Shown: positions 20,425 to 30,252, counted from the stretch's first letter. The stretch: 64,000 bases of DNA from Synechococcus sp. (GCA_047285805.1 JBJBCN010000002.1:960001-1024000); one strand, 5' to 3'. The notes: generated from the sequence alone by a model not told the origin. Translations and numbers: made by a program.

Positions 20425-21495
20425 ATGAAGACCTCAAACGCCCTATCTCCGTCTTTATGGGTCGCAGCTCAGGCTGGTGGCTCGTTATTTTTAGCATCAA
20501 GCGCATGGATGGTCAGTGGATTGACGTCGTCACCGCTTGTAAACAGCTTAATTCCTGTTGTCGCGGCAATCCCAATACTAATCAATACAAAAGAGACAAT
20601 ATCCGGTTACTGGCTTCAGATCTCCAGCGTACTTACCTTGCTTATCGCTTCATGGTTCTACAGTGAGAGCGGGATAAACCAGTCGCTTTTGCTGGCCATT
20701 TCCTTTGTAGCCATATTTGCTTACTCTTTAGGCCTGGAGATCTCAACGCTTCCACTGCAAAAGAGTTTAACATCAGACTCGCCAACCAGATTCAAGAATC
20801 TTCAGGTATGCACTGAGGTTGGAAGTTTAATTGGCGCCATTATGACGGCACTAATATTCCCTGCTGTCAGCCAATTCATTCCAGCATTCTTATTGATACT
20901 TCCACTTACGTCAATAGTGTTTAGAACGACCAGGGGCGGATCCTTACTTACACATACTACTACTTCGAATACGCCTAGTGCTGACAAGACAACCTTAGAT
21001 CCTTTGTGCATCCTTCAAGGGTTTGTTGTTGGAGGATTGTTTGCAGTTTTAGCTCTCTGGGTAAGAGAGATCGAGGGCGGCAAATGCTTCGATTTTGGAG
21101 TCATCCTTGCAGCATATTTTATTGGAAAAGCTTTGACCTCTATCGCTCCGAGATTGAGCCTAAGCCTTAAATACCTGACAATTTTCTTTGCACTTGTTAT
21201 CTGTCAGCTTACGACTGACGGGTGGATATCGACACTCCTGTTTGTACCAATAGGTATGTTTGTAAATTCAATAGACCTTTCGCTGGCCTCAACGCTTGCT
21301 GACAAGAGTCAACCAATAGAGGGTTGGAAGTCCTTCCAAGACCAGTCAGCCTTGGGAGGAATCGCCGGAGGCTTAGCTCTTGGCAGCTTATGCACTTTAA
21401 TTGGCTTGAAATATGCATTCCCAGTCATCTGCATTGGATTCATCTCTCTTTCTATTTTAAGCAGCAGGATCAGAAGAACTGCACGCAGCACATGA
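20425..21495 (+). CDS. MFS-like multi-pass membrane protein
   Basis: About 11-12 hydrophobic segments in two halves with a polar central linker. Confidence 0.6.
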   Translation: MKTSNALSPSLWVAAQAGGSLFLASSAWMVSGLTSSPLVNSLIPVVAAIPILINTKETISGYWLQISSVLTLLIASWFYSESGINQSLLLAISFVAIFAYSLGLEISTLPLQKSLTSDSPTRFKNLQVCTEVGSLIGAIMTALIFPAVSQFIPAFLLILPLTSIVFRTTRGGSLLTHTTTSNTPSADKTTLDPLCILQGFVVGGLFAVLALWVREIEGGKCFDFGVILAAYFIGKALTSIAPRLSLSLKYLTIFFALVICQLTTDGWISTLLFVPIGMFVNSIDLSLASTLADKSQPIEGWKSFQDQSALGGIAGGLALGSLCTLIGLKYAFPVICIGFISLSILSSRIRRTARST

Positions 21496-21693
21496 AACCC
21501 ATCAAAAGAAAAAGTATATTTTAAACACAAGTTCATTCTATCTCTCTAGCCTGAGCATGTTGAATGGACTGAAACTTAGTCATGACGAGCCTCGGACCTG
21601 CGTGTAAACGTAACAAAGTCATTGATTTGTTTATGACGAGCAGAAACAGGGGAGAGCATATTTGACGATTAAGGTCTTGATACCAGAGCAAAG

Positions 21694-24282
21694 ATGCGTT
21701 GGTTTAGCCAGTGGCCTGAGAAACAAGCACAAATCACGCGCTCCGTTCTTCTTGGATGCTGGTTATGCTTGATACTATCGCTATTTCTACCAGAGGTTAC
21801 GTTTTGGGGCAGTTATTTGCCATCCTGTGATACATCGACTAGCGACTGCATTTTTCATCGTCAACCTGGAAACCAAATATTCTGGGGGTTAGTTGTACCT
21901 AGCATCCTAATATTAATCGTTGCCGCTAGCCACGAGTTCTGGCGACGAGTCTGCCCATTGGCATTTGCGTCACAACTTTCAAAGATGCTTGGTTGGCAGA
22001 GGTTAATCCGTAACAAGAAAGGACGTTTAGAACCGGTCAAGGTTACGGCAGATTCATGGCTTGGGAAGCATCATATTGAACTGCAGTGGTCTCTTCTTGT
22101 TACTGGACTTTGCCTGCGGCTATTGGCTCTCAACTCAAGCTCATTAGGTCTCGCATATTTATTAATACTTACCCTATCGTCGGCTATTTATGTGGGCTGG
22201 GCATTTTCAGGTAAAGCATGGTGCCAGTATTTCTGTCCAATGGGTCCAGTCCAGACGATATTGACCGGACAAAGAGGAGCTCTTGGGGCTCCTGCTCATG
22301 TAGGCAGTAACACAAAGATTACACAATCAATGTGTCGGTCAACTGCGAAAACAGGCAAAGAGCAAAGTGCTTGTGTCGCTTGCCAATCATCTTGCATAGA
22401 TATTGATTCAGAGAGGCACTATTGGCAGCTATTACGTGGCAAAAGGGGATTGACATGGTCTTGGTATTCATATCCAGGTCTCATACTTGCGTTCTTTGAG
22501 CTTATGAAGTACAGCGAACCAAGGAACTTTGTGGGAGCGGATGGCACGTCTTATATCAAGGGAGGTGCATGGGCATATGACGCAACTCTCTCTTCACGAG
22601 TTTTAGCTCCATTTACGGAGTGGTTAGCAATTCCACGTCTTCTCGTTATTCCCATAGTTTTAATACTCGCGGGATGCACATCCTACTTTCTATTTATCAA
22701 CTTAGAAAAGTTGATATCAATGAATTACCATAAACGAGGCCTCAAGGATTCCGTGGAGACTGCAACAAGTCATACAAGATTGCTTGCAAGCTTCATTTCA
22801 GTCAATATCTTCTTTTGGTTTGTCGATCCTTCTCAGGGCCTCCTAGGAATTCATACAGGACAGTTTATACGCTCGTTTATATTAGTAATGTCTTCAATTG
22901 TCTTGTTCCGCTCGTGGAATCGTAATCCTTCAGTTTACAGAAAAGAAAGTACAAGCGACAGCCTGCGTCGACAGCTGCAGAAACTTCCTGAAATCGAAAC
23001 CTATCTAGATGGTCGAAAGATTGACGACCTATCCGCCGAAGAGGTTTACACTCTCGCAAAAGCACTTCCAACCGCAATCCGATCAAAGTGTAGAGAAGTT
23101 TATCAGGGTGTTATTACCGAGCTGCTTAAAAAAGGTTCCTTGAACCGTGCAGCAGCTTTGGTTGAGTTAGAGGAGTTAAGACAGAGTCTGAATCTGTCTG
23201 ATGATGACCATCATGCTGTAATCAGGGTTCTTGCAGATGAAGACCCTCAGTTATTAACGATAGATGTAAAAACGCTAGAACTTCAGCAATTACGGGAGGA
23301 AGCCCTGGCGGACTCAGTTGAAGAATTATTGTCTCTGTCAAGAGTGCCGGTCCTAAAAGAAACGAGTCTTGAACCTAGCTTAAGAGCACGCCTGGAGACT
23401 TTGGTTGACGATTCGGACCTTGAGGATGCTGAAGTTGAGAAAGTACTAAGTCGTTTTAGAAGTACTGGGGATCTAGCAAAGAACAAGATTGAAAGGCTAC
23501 AGAGCCGTTACGTTAAAGAAGTAAGTCATTTCAAGATCCTTTCGAGTTCGTCCACAGAGGAGATGTTGCTGCACCCCCTGGCATTAGCAATGCATCAAAG
23601 AATAGATCAGCTACATTCCCAGATTTGTGATAACGATCCAGCCTTTAACTTTGATGCAAACTTGGTGGGGCCTTCTTCATTAGACGAGGCTCTTGAAGTT
23701 TTATGGTCGGATCCTGATCCGGACACAGCAGGATGGGTCCTTATGGTTGACCATCTTCTTAAGTCGAAAGGTCACTGCTTGTGTGATCGTCAAACTCGGA
23801 CAGGTTTAAGTACTTCTGCATTTTTAGAAAGCCAGTTAAAGGGACAGATTCATCGAGATCATCATGAATTCCCACACCTATCCAAGTCTCCTTTATTTCA
23901 CGATCTTTTGCCCACAGATCTTTTGTGGGTCGCTGATCATGGATGGTTGCACTCTTGGATGCCAGGTGAGCAAATCACTCATAAGGAACTGATTCTTCTT
24001 GTACTAAGTGGTGAGGGGACTGAAGTTCTAATTGATGGTGAGGAAGTACGTTATGAAACTGGCTCTTTGATAGGTGCAATGGATGTGATCTCTGGTGAGT
24101 CCTCTAGATCTTCCATACATGCTTCCGCTAAGGGTATGGAAGCATTCGCCTTTCCTTCTCATGCCTTTGATGAGCTACTATCTAGATCAAGCAAGTTTTC
24201 ACATGGACTACTCAGGCAGTTCTGTGCTCGTTTAAAAAAACCTAATTCGACTCTGTCCTCTCAATCGTCTCTTTATACATGA
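21694..24282 (+). CDS. Membrane protein with 4Fe-4S-type motifs and a C-terminal cyclic-nucleotide-binding-like domain
   Basis: WRRVCPL, WCQYFCPMG, CVACQSSCIDID; C-terminal SPLFHDL...LVLSGEG...GSLIGAMDVISG...FDELL. Confidence 0.75.
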   Translation: MRWFSQWPEKQAQITRSVLLGCWLCLILSLFLPEVTFWGSYLPSCDTSTSDCIFHRQPGNQIFWGLVVPSILILIVAASHEFWRRVCPLAFASQLSKMLGWQRLIRNKKGRLEPVKVTADSWLGKHHIELQWSLLVTGLCLRLLALNSSSLGLAYLLILTLSSAIYVGWAFSGKAWCQYFCPMGPVQTILTGQRGALGAPAHVGSNTKITQSMCRSTAKTGKEQSACVACQSSCIDIDSERHYWQLLRGKRGLTWSWYSYPGLILAFFELMKYSEPRNFVGADGTSYIKGGAWAYDATLSSRVLAPFTEWLAIPRLLVIPIVLILAGCTSYFLFINLEKLISMNYHKRGLKDSVETATSHTRLLASFISVNIFFWFVDPSQGLLGIHTGQFIRSFILVMSSIVLFRSWNRNPSVYRKESTSDSLRRQLQKLPEIETYLDGRKIDDLSAEEVYTLAKALPTAIRSKCREVYQGVITELLKKGSLNRAAALVELEELRQSLNLSDDDHHAVIRVLADEDPQLLTIDVKTLELQQLREEALADSVEELLSLSRVPVLKETSLEPSLRARLETLVDDSDLEDAEVEKVLSRFRSTGDLAKNKIERLQSRYVKEVSHFKILSSSSTEEMLLHPLALAMHQRIDQLHSQICDNDPAFNFDANLVGPSSLDEALEVLWSDPDPDTAGWVLMVDHLLKSKGHCLCDRQTRTGLSTSAFLESQLKGQIHRDHHEFPHLSKSPLFHDLLPTDLLWVADHGWLHSWMPGEQITHKELILLVLSGEGTEVLIDGEEVRYETGSLIGAMDVISGESSRSSIHASAKGMEAFAFPSHAFDELLSRSSKFSHGLLRQFCARLKKPNSTLSSQSSLYT

Positions 24283-24419
24283 TGATTCTATCAAATATTC
24301 CTTGGCTCACCGAAGATTAATAGAAGGGTGTGCGATTCGACATGCGCACACCCCAAGTATCCCTTTATACTGATAAATTATTTGTTTCATTGTTGCATAC
24401 CTTTAGTGCAACTTCCGCA

Positions 24420-25718
24420 ATGCCTAACTTCTCTCCCGTTCGGTCAAGGGCGTGGCGAGTACTTATTGGGGCTTCAGCTCCTCTTGCCTTAATTTATGCT
24501 CCTACAGCTCAGGCAAGCGAATACAACCCGCATCTTGAAGGTTTAAGCATTACGGCACTCGGCCTAAAAGTTAAGACAACTTCAGAGCAAGACAATTCCC
24601 GGATCAACAAAGCCCTGCAGACAGAAGGCAAGGCGATCACGATAGGTAGCCCGGTGACACACCAGCCCTGGAAGTGCGACGTCTTCGTTGACCCCCGTTC
24701 CAACGCCTGCCTGGGTCCCGCCGAGGTGCGTCAGCCCCGCAACTTGTTTGAGCGGATCGTTCAGAAGGGTGCTGGCTACGCCGCTCAATTTGGACCGGCT
24801 ATGGTCAATGGCGATGGAGTTGATCTTGGCGGAGTGGTCCACTCCGAAGTCACCCGCACCCTGATCAGCAGCGGCGTGAACTACGCCAACAAGGAGATCA
24901 AGAAGATTCCCTTCTTCGCTCAGACCTCGCTTGGTCTCAACGCCGCAACAAGCAGCGACCTCGCGGGTTACATCGATAGCTTCATGCGGCTCAAGACGCT
25001 GGGCTACGACATCGAAGGCGATCCCATGGGCCTGATGTTTGGCCAAGCCCGGATATCCCTGGCAACCTCCACCCAACCTCAGGTGAACGTGGGCCTTGGC
25101 AGCCGCTACCGCCTAAGCGATGAAGCAATGGTCGGCCTGAACGGATTCTGGGACCTTCGAACCACCAACTACTCCACCGCTTACACCCGGTGGGGCATCG
25201 GTGCTGAAGGCTTCTGGAAGAGCTTTGAGCTGCGGAACAACTGGTACATCAACGGTTCTGCGGATAAAGACATCACAATCAACGACATCGATTACACCGA
25301 GCGAGTTGTTCCGGGTTGGGATGTGGAGCTGGGCTATCGCATTCCTTCGTACCCCCAGCTGGCAATGTTTGTCCGAGGCTTCAACTGGGATTACCGACAC
25401 AAGAGCGATAACAGCGGTATTGAAGGCTCGCTGAACTGGCAGGCCACAACCCGCGCCAACTTGGAAGTATGGGTTTCGAATGAGATCCCGGCCTACCCCA
25501 CCGACTCGAACAACGACATCGATAACCAGGCCGGTCCCTACTTTGGCGTGCGTGTTCGTTTGACCGGCCGCCCGGTGGTCTTCGCCAAGAACAACACAAA
25601 GCAGAACCTGATCACACAGATGACCCAACCAGTGCGGCGCCGCTATGAGGTGCTGCTGGAGCGCAGTAAGAAAAACAAGTCAAGCGGTGGTTTTGGAGCG
25701 AGCCTATCTGGACGCTAG
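24420..25718 (+). CDS. Inverse-autotransporter (intimin/invasin-type) beta-barrel protein lacking a passenger
   Basis: Signal peptide ending AQA; NVGLGSRY, MVGLNGFWD, RWGIGAEGFW, ELRNNWY, ERVVPGWDVELGYRIPSYPQL, QPVRRRYEVLLE. Confidence 0.85.
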   Translation: MPNFSPVRSRAWRVLIGASAPLALIYAPTAQASEYNPHLEGLSITALGLKVKTTSEQDNSRINKALQTEGKAITIGSPVTHQPWKCDVFVDPRSNACLGPAEVRQPRNLFERIVQKGAGYAAQFGPAMVNGDGVDLGGVVHSEVTRTLISSGVNYANKEIKKIPFFAQTSLGLNAATSSDLAGYIDSFMRLKTLGYDIEGDPMGLMFGQARISLATSTQPQVNVGLGSRYRLSDEAMVGLNGFWDLRTTNYSTAYTRWGIGAEGFWKSFELRNNWYINGSADKDITINDIDYTERVVPGWDVELGYRIPSYPQLAMFVRGFNWDYRHKSDNSGIEGSLNWQATTRANLEVWVSNEIPAYPTDSNNDIDNQAGPYFGVRVRLTGRPVVFAKNNTKQNLITQMTQPVRRRYEVLLERSKKNKSSGGFGASLSGR

Positions 25719-25753
25719 GGGTACACAACTAATTTCGTTCACATCACAATCTC

Positions 25754-26665
25754 ATGTTTAACATCATTCACAGAAACTTTCTTCTGTCCGTGCTTATCGC
25801 AGGATCATCTCTAGGACTAACATCAATACAACAACCAGCCTACGCGATCGACCCAAAGTGCCGAGAGATCAGCCTTCCCGCAAGTATCAAGACAGGGAGA
25901 GGGGACGGACAGATAAATAGTGGCAACGGGTGCTACTTCACTCCAGATTCTTATATCGTTAAGGCATACAAGCTTGGTCTTTGCGAAAACACGCAACCCC
26001 TTACATCTGCAGGATTCGACCCTTCTAAGTGTGCAGTCGTCTGGGAAAGTGATTCAGGCTATAGCGCTGACTTGGTTAACAATGGTACCGGATCTACATT
26101 CGCACTAAACGCTGGAGAAATTCAGCGTCCACCGAATGGAATATATAGATATGCGTTCATCATGATTGACCCTACAGTCCAACTAAAAGCCACCCTAGAA
26201 CTGGATGCTGAAACATGGGTTACAGACTCAAGCACATATGTTACAGCATCAGGAATCCAATACAATCTGGGAACTAATTCTGGCAATTCTCAACTTATTG
26301 ATTCAAGAACTGGATATCTGTCTCCCGACAATGGCACCACCAAAGTCTGCTTTGTTGAAAGTCTGGACGTCGAAGGGCTTAGCATCACAGCGGCGTTTAT
26401 CGACTCAGACCAGTCTTCTGTAGTTAACTCTGTAACAAGCACAGATAGCATTGGCGATAGCCAGACTGCTTGTCCGGCTTCATACATTGTCGGAGTTCAA
26501 CCTCTTACCGATCCCGTATCAATAAGTGATTCTACTACAAATATAGACCTTTCTTTCCTAATTACTGACAATGGCGCATGGGCGGAAAATTTCGCCGATG
26601 GAGCCGGCAATCAAGTGGTGTGGTTTGACATTGGTCCATTCAGCATTAAACTTACAGCCAACTAG
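25754..26665 (+). CDS. Secreted Ser/Thr-rich, beta-rich protein with 6 Cys
   Basis: Signal peptide ending AYA; 303 aa; starts 35 nt after the barrel gene. Confidence 0.75.
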   Translation: MFNIIHRNFLLSVLIAGSSLGLTSIQQPAYAIDPKCREISLPASIKTGRGDGQINSGNGCYFTPDSYIVKAYKLGLCENTQPLTSAGFDPSKCAVVWESDSGYSADLVNNGTGSTFALNAGEIQRPPNGIYRYAFIMIDPTVQLKATLELDAETWVTDSSTYVTASGIQYNLGTNSGNSQLIDSRTGYLSPDNGTTKVCFVESLDVEGLSITAAFIDSDQSSVVNSVTSTDSIGDSQTACPASYIVGVQPLTDPVSISDSTTNIDLSFLITDNGAWAENFADGAGNQVVWFDIGPFSIKLTAN

Positions 26666-27126
26666 CATTGCGCAGCTAGGCCAATCCATTCCATTAGAAC
26701 TCGATTTTATTATAGACGCAGAAAAGCCATCCACGCAAATCAATTGTATTTCCCGGGCCTCATCAGAATAAAGCATCTTCGCCTCACAAGCTAACTCGAG
26801 CAATATTGCATTTATACGTGCGTAGAAGGCCTTTTCTTGTGTAGTTAAAGCAAGGTTTTTCCCTAACAGTTAGTGCCTCCTCCACTGCGACCCACTAGCA
26901 GTGATGCTATCCACCTACTGTTCATAGTAAAGAGTTGGGCGTGGATAACTCGGCTACACACCCCGTAGTCCCACGCTCACAATCAATCGCGTACGCGTGA
27001 TGGAAGCAAGGACTAACCCTTGTCGTGAGTCACAGGCACGAAGACAACCACTGCCAGCGGGATCATGTAAATCCCGGCAACAGTGCTTTCAGCAGAGGCT
27101 TCTGAGTCGATAAGGCGAAGGGCTTT

Positions 27127-27378
27127 CTACTGATATCGACCCTTAAAGGTGCGCCCAATTGCTACGAACAGGTTTTGTAGCCATCCCTCTACAGACCTCC
27201 AAAGGCGGAGCCTGAGTCGGGAAAAAATGCCAAAGAGCGATTCTCCCGCAGTGGATTTGGACTCCACTTGGGCATCCAGACAGGTCGAGCAGAGCACCAC
27301 CCCTTTAACGCGGCGATAGTGCTGGGTGGAACGCTCGATGAAGGTTCCGCACCCCCGGCAAGGAAAGATCGGGCTCAT
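27127..27378 (-). CDS. Small putative zinc-finger protein
   Basis: CRGC...CSTC; second degraded copy at 19.5 kb supports coding status. Confidence 0.6.
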   Translation of the reverse strand: MSPIFPCRGCGTFIERSTQHYRRVKGVVLCSTCLDAQVESKSTAGESLFGIFSRLRLRLWRSVEGWLQNLFVAIGRTFKGRYQ

Positions 27379-27468
27379 CGCCCAATGATCTAGGTCGCTC
27401 TGGGAGCCCGTCTGCAGCATCGATAGCCAACGGGGCGTAACCGTTCAGGGTCTTTGCATCCCTTCGCC

Positions 27469-27579
27469 ATGGAGATCAGCCCGACAGGATTGAGACAGAT
27501 CAAACGCTTCGAAGGCTGCCGGCTGGAGGCCTACCCCGATCCCGGCAGCGGCTGGAGGGTGGCCTTCAGCAAGCCATGA
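27469..27579 (+). pseudogene. Truncated GH24 (phage-type) lysozyme N-terminus
   Basis: MEISPTGLRQIKRFEGCRLEAYPDPGSG then unrelated sequence and stop; TIGYGH motif absent. Confidence 0.75.
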
Positions 27580-27815
27580 ATGCGACTTCTACCAGCAAGC
27601 CGGGGAGCTGCAATACCGGATTCGAACGCAAGCGAGCGCTGGACAGCGCTTCGCCTGCCCAAGCTGTTGGCAACGCCAAAGCCAAGACCCCGGCTACCAA
27701 TACGGCGGAAACCGCAAGGCCAACCGGCGGGAGCGAGACAAACGAAAACGGCGTAGTTGAAGCGAACCAGCAATTCCTGAGCAGACTGAAGCGGTTCCAC
27801 CAAGGACTTTGGGCG

Positions 27816-28088
27816 ATGGGTACATCCGGCAGCCAAAGCGATGTGCGCGAGATGGTCAACGCCCATCTCTTCCCAGTGCTTGGACTTGTCGGCACCGTCT
27901 GTGCCGTCTCAGCCGCTATCCACCTGGCCTCAGTCGGCGGGCAGGCCGCCCGCTGGAATCGCTGCTACGACAACGGCCTGGCCTATCTGCTGGAGAGCCG
28001 TCCGGAGCTCAAGCAGCACGCCCAAGCCATCGCGGCGAATTTCTGCAATGGCGGCGCCCCCGTCGGCAAAAAATCCGGCGCCTCATGA
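27816..28088 (+). CDS. Small single-pass membrane protein, Cys-pair family (copy 1)
   Basis: REMVNAHLFPVL, TM helix, WNRCY...ANFCNGG. Confidence 0.7.
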   Translation: MGTSGSQSDVREMVNAHLFPVLGLVGTVCAVSAAIHLASVGGQAARWNRCYDNGLAYLLESRPELKQHAQAIAANFCNGGAPVGKKSGAS

Positions 28089-28097
28089 CGGAGTCCT

Positions 28098-28301
28098 CTA
28101 ACGCTGGCCGTCTGGGCCCTCATAGGTGAATTCCATCAGGATCGCTGAGAAGAGATTCTTCAACTTCTGGAGCTGCTCCTGCTCCCGTGGATCAGGAGCA
28201 CCGGCCCAACGTTCGAGATGGAAGGTGACCGACTTCTGAAGCAGTCGAGCCGTATTGATATCGATCGACAGGTCAATCGTTTGGTCGTTCTCTGGTTCCA
28301 C
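28098..28301 (-). CDS. Small hypothetical protein
   Basis: 67-aa ORF with host-like codon usage; HLERWAG.PDPREQE. Confidence 0.6.
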   Translation of the reverse strand: MEPENDQTIDLSIDINTARLLQKSVTFHLERWAGAPDPREQEQLQKLKNLFSAILMEFTYEGPDGQR

Positions 28302-28332
28302 TGGCCACCGGGAATCAGGTCGTCAACGTTGT

Positions 28333-28596
28333 TCATCCCTTGGCCGATTGGCCCTTGAGGGATTCAAGAAAGGCAGCAGGTCCACTGGCCACAGGAGGAA
28401 GCTCCATCTTGGCCTCGCGTCCCTCCAGTGCAGCTTTGAGGGACTCGATCATCATCGTGTTCCCGGAGTTCTCCACGGCTTTAAGGGCTGCTTTTAGACG
28501 CGCTTCCCGGGAGACGCCGGCATCAGCAGAGACCACAGGGGAGGTGGCCCGGACGCTCTCGAGCTGCTTGGCCAGGTTCTCCCAAAGCAATCCCAT
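28333..28596 (-). CDS. Small hypothetical protein
   Basis: 87-aa helical ORF, co-oriented with the downstream gene. Confidence 0.6.
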   Translation of the reverse strand: MGLLWENLAKQLESVRATSPVVSADAGVSREARLKAALKAVENSGNTMMIESLKAALEGREAKMELPPVASGPAAFLESLKGQSAKG

Positions 28597-29192
28597 GATT
28601 CATCGATCAGTTGGGGCCAACCTCCCACGGGAGCTCAGCCCTCTCGTGGACTGGTTAAGGAAACGATGCAGCGGTATCCAGCCAAGACGGAGGCCGCCCC
28701 TCCCGGATGGAAGAGACGGCCTAACGCGCTCGTTCATGCATGGGATGCACCCGTTTCGTAAGGGAACGAAAGAAGGGGGCGGAGCCGCTGAGGAAGGACA
28801 CCTGGGGCCAGGTGTCCAGGTGTAGAGCAGTGGTACTCCTTGGGGCACCTGTGGCGGTGCAGATGGAGTGCCGACAGCTCAAACGCTCATGTTTGTTTGA
28901 TCTGACGGCCCGCTCACGGTTTGATGAAGACTGTTGGAGCAGGCGCCTTCAGTCAGCTCGCTCCTGACATCTGGTTGGGTGGAGTGTCGGCCATCAGAGG
29001 CGTCTCCGATCTCTATGGCCATAGCTTCGGCCAGAGCGTGGGGGAAGACAATCGGACTTAATGCCCATTGCGCCGGAGGCGAAACCATCCAAGAGTGGTT
29101 GAATGGCGTCGACGTGGGTCGGCTATCCGCGTTGCTTCGGGTAGCACCGGCTTAGATGGTCTCCATAGCGTTAAGTGCCATCCAAGCAACTC

Positions 29193-29417
29193 ATGGCTGA
29201 CACGAACACCCAGTGCGGCGGCAAGAAGAAAGCAATGCTGGCCTACGGGATCGTTCAGATCTCAGCCACGGTCATCTCCGCGATCTCTCTGGCGGCGATT
29301 GCCGTGGGCCTTTGCTCGATCAAGCAAGAAAGCAAAGCCTTCAACGGTTGCGTTGAAGAGATCGTCAGCGGCGGCAAGAGCACTGCTGCGGCTGTTCGCT
29401 ACTGCAACGGGGGCTGA
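29193..29417 (+). CDS. Small single-pass membrane protein, Cys-pair family (copy 2)
   Basis: TM helix then FNGCVE...AVRYCNGG at the C-terminus. Confidence 0.75.
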   Translation: MADTNTQCGGKKKAMLAYGIVQISATVISAISLAAIAVGLCSIKQESKAFNGCVEEIVSGGKSTAAAVRYCNGG

Positions 29418-29453
29418 GCACTCGCGTTCACAACGCCCGCGCATCAGCATGGG

Positions 29454-29714
29454 GTGAGTGACTCGCCAGCGATGCTGATCAATCCGTTCTGCCCTATCAC
29501 GGGAGCCAAGATTCTCGGATTGAAGGCAACTGTTGTTCTGCTGCTCACCCTGCTGATCAAGGCCAAGATTCGAATCACGGCCTTCTCCGCCCTCGGCGGA
29601 CTCCTTTTGCTGCTGCAGACCCTGGCCTTCCTCGCGATCAGCGGTGGCTTGACCTTTGTGACAGCCGGTGCCGCGGTTTACGCCAACCAGCAGCGCAAAG
29701 CCGCGACGGCCTGA
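29454..29714 (+). CDS. Small hydrophobic membrane protein (start uncertain)
   Basis: Hydrophobic ORF ending AVYANQQRKAATA. Confidence 0.45.
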   Translation: MSDSPAMLINPFCPITGAKILGLKATVVLLLTLLIKAKIRITAFSALGGLLLLLQTLAFLAISGGLTFVTAGAAVYANQQRKAATA

Positions 29715-29722
29715 CTACAGCG

Positions 29723-30252
29723 CTAGCTGCCGTAGGCATCGATAAAGCTGGCCCGCACCGCAGCGACCAAAGTCTCGGAAAGGCCAGGCCGGTTCCCTGC
29801 AGGTACTGATCAAGGGCAGGCCCCAGCTGATCCTGCATGGCCAGACACTGAGCCGACGAGAGGGCTAGGGCTTGTTGATAGAGCTCCTTGTTCGTCTTGC
29901 CGAGATGGAGCAAACGGCAGCCCCCATCGAGAACCGCCGTCAGTTGCGGATCCCTGAGGCAGTGGCTTTCGCTGCCGGCATAGGGAAGACTGCGGTTGCG
30001 GATCACAGCGCGCACCAGAGCAAAGGAGCGCTGAGCCATTTCAGGACCGACCCGATCATCGGCCTGCCGTCGCTCCTTGATCTGAATCAAAGCATTGACC
30101 AACTCGGAGGCTTTAAACAGCGCCAGACACCGGCGCTGCTGCTGAGAGAGCGCGTCCAGCTGAGCAAGGTAATCAGCGACCGCCGCCAAATAGGCATTGT
30201 CTTTGTCAACCAGGGCTGGGCAGGACCGCCAACGCTCCATCGCCCCTGCCAC
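29723..30252 (-). pseudogene. Hypothetical protein with a probable 1-nt frameshift near its 3' end
   Basis: After GTGLA the alternate frame reads ETLVAAVRASFIDAYGS-stop (29723), avoiding overlap with the convergent gene. Confidence 0.5.

Larger units (their letters stand above)
20230..27120. mobile_element. AT-rich horizontally acquired insert
   Basis: Abrupt visible drop in GC and A/T-ending codons; relic genes on both sides. Confidence 0.75.
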
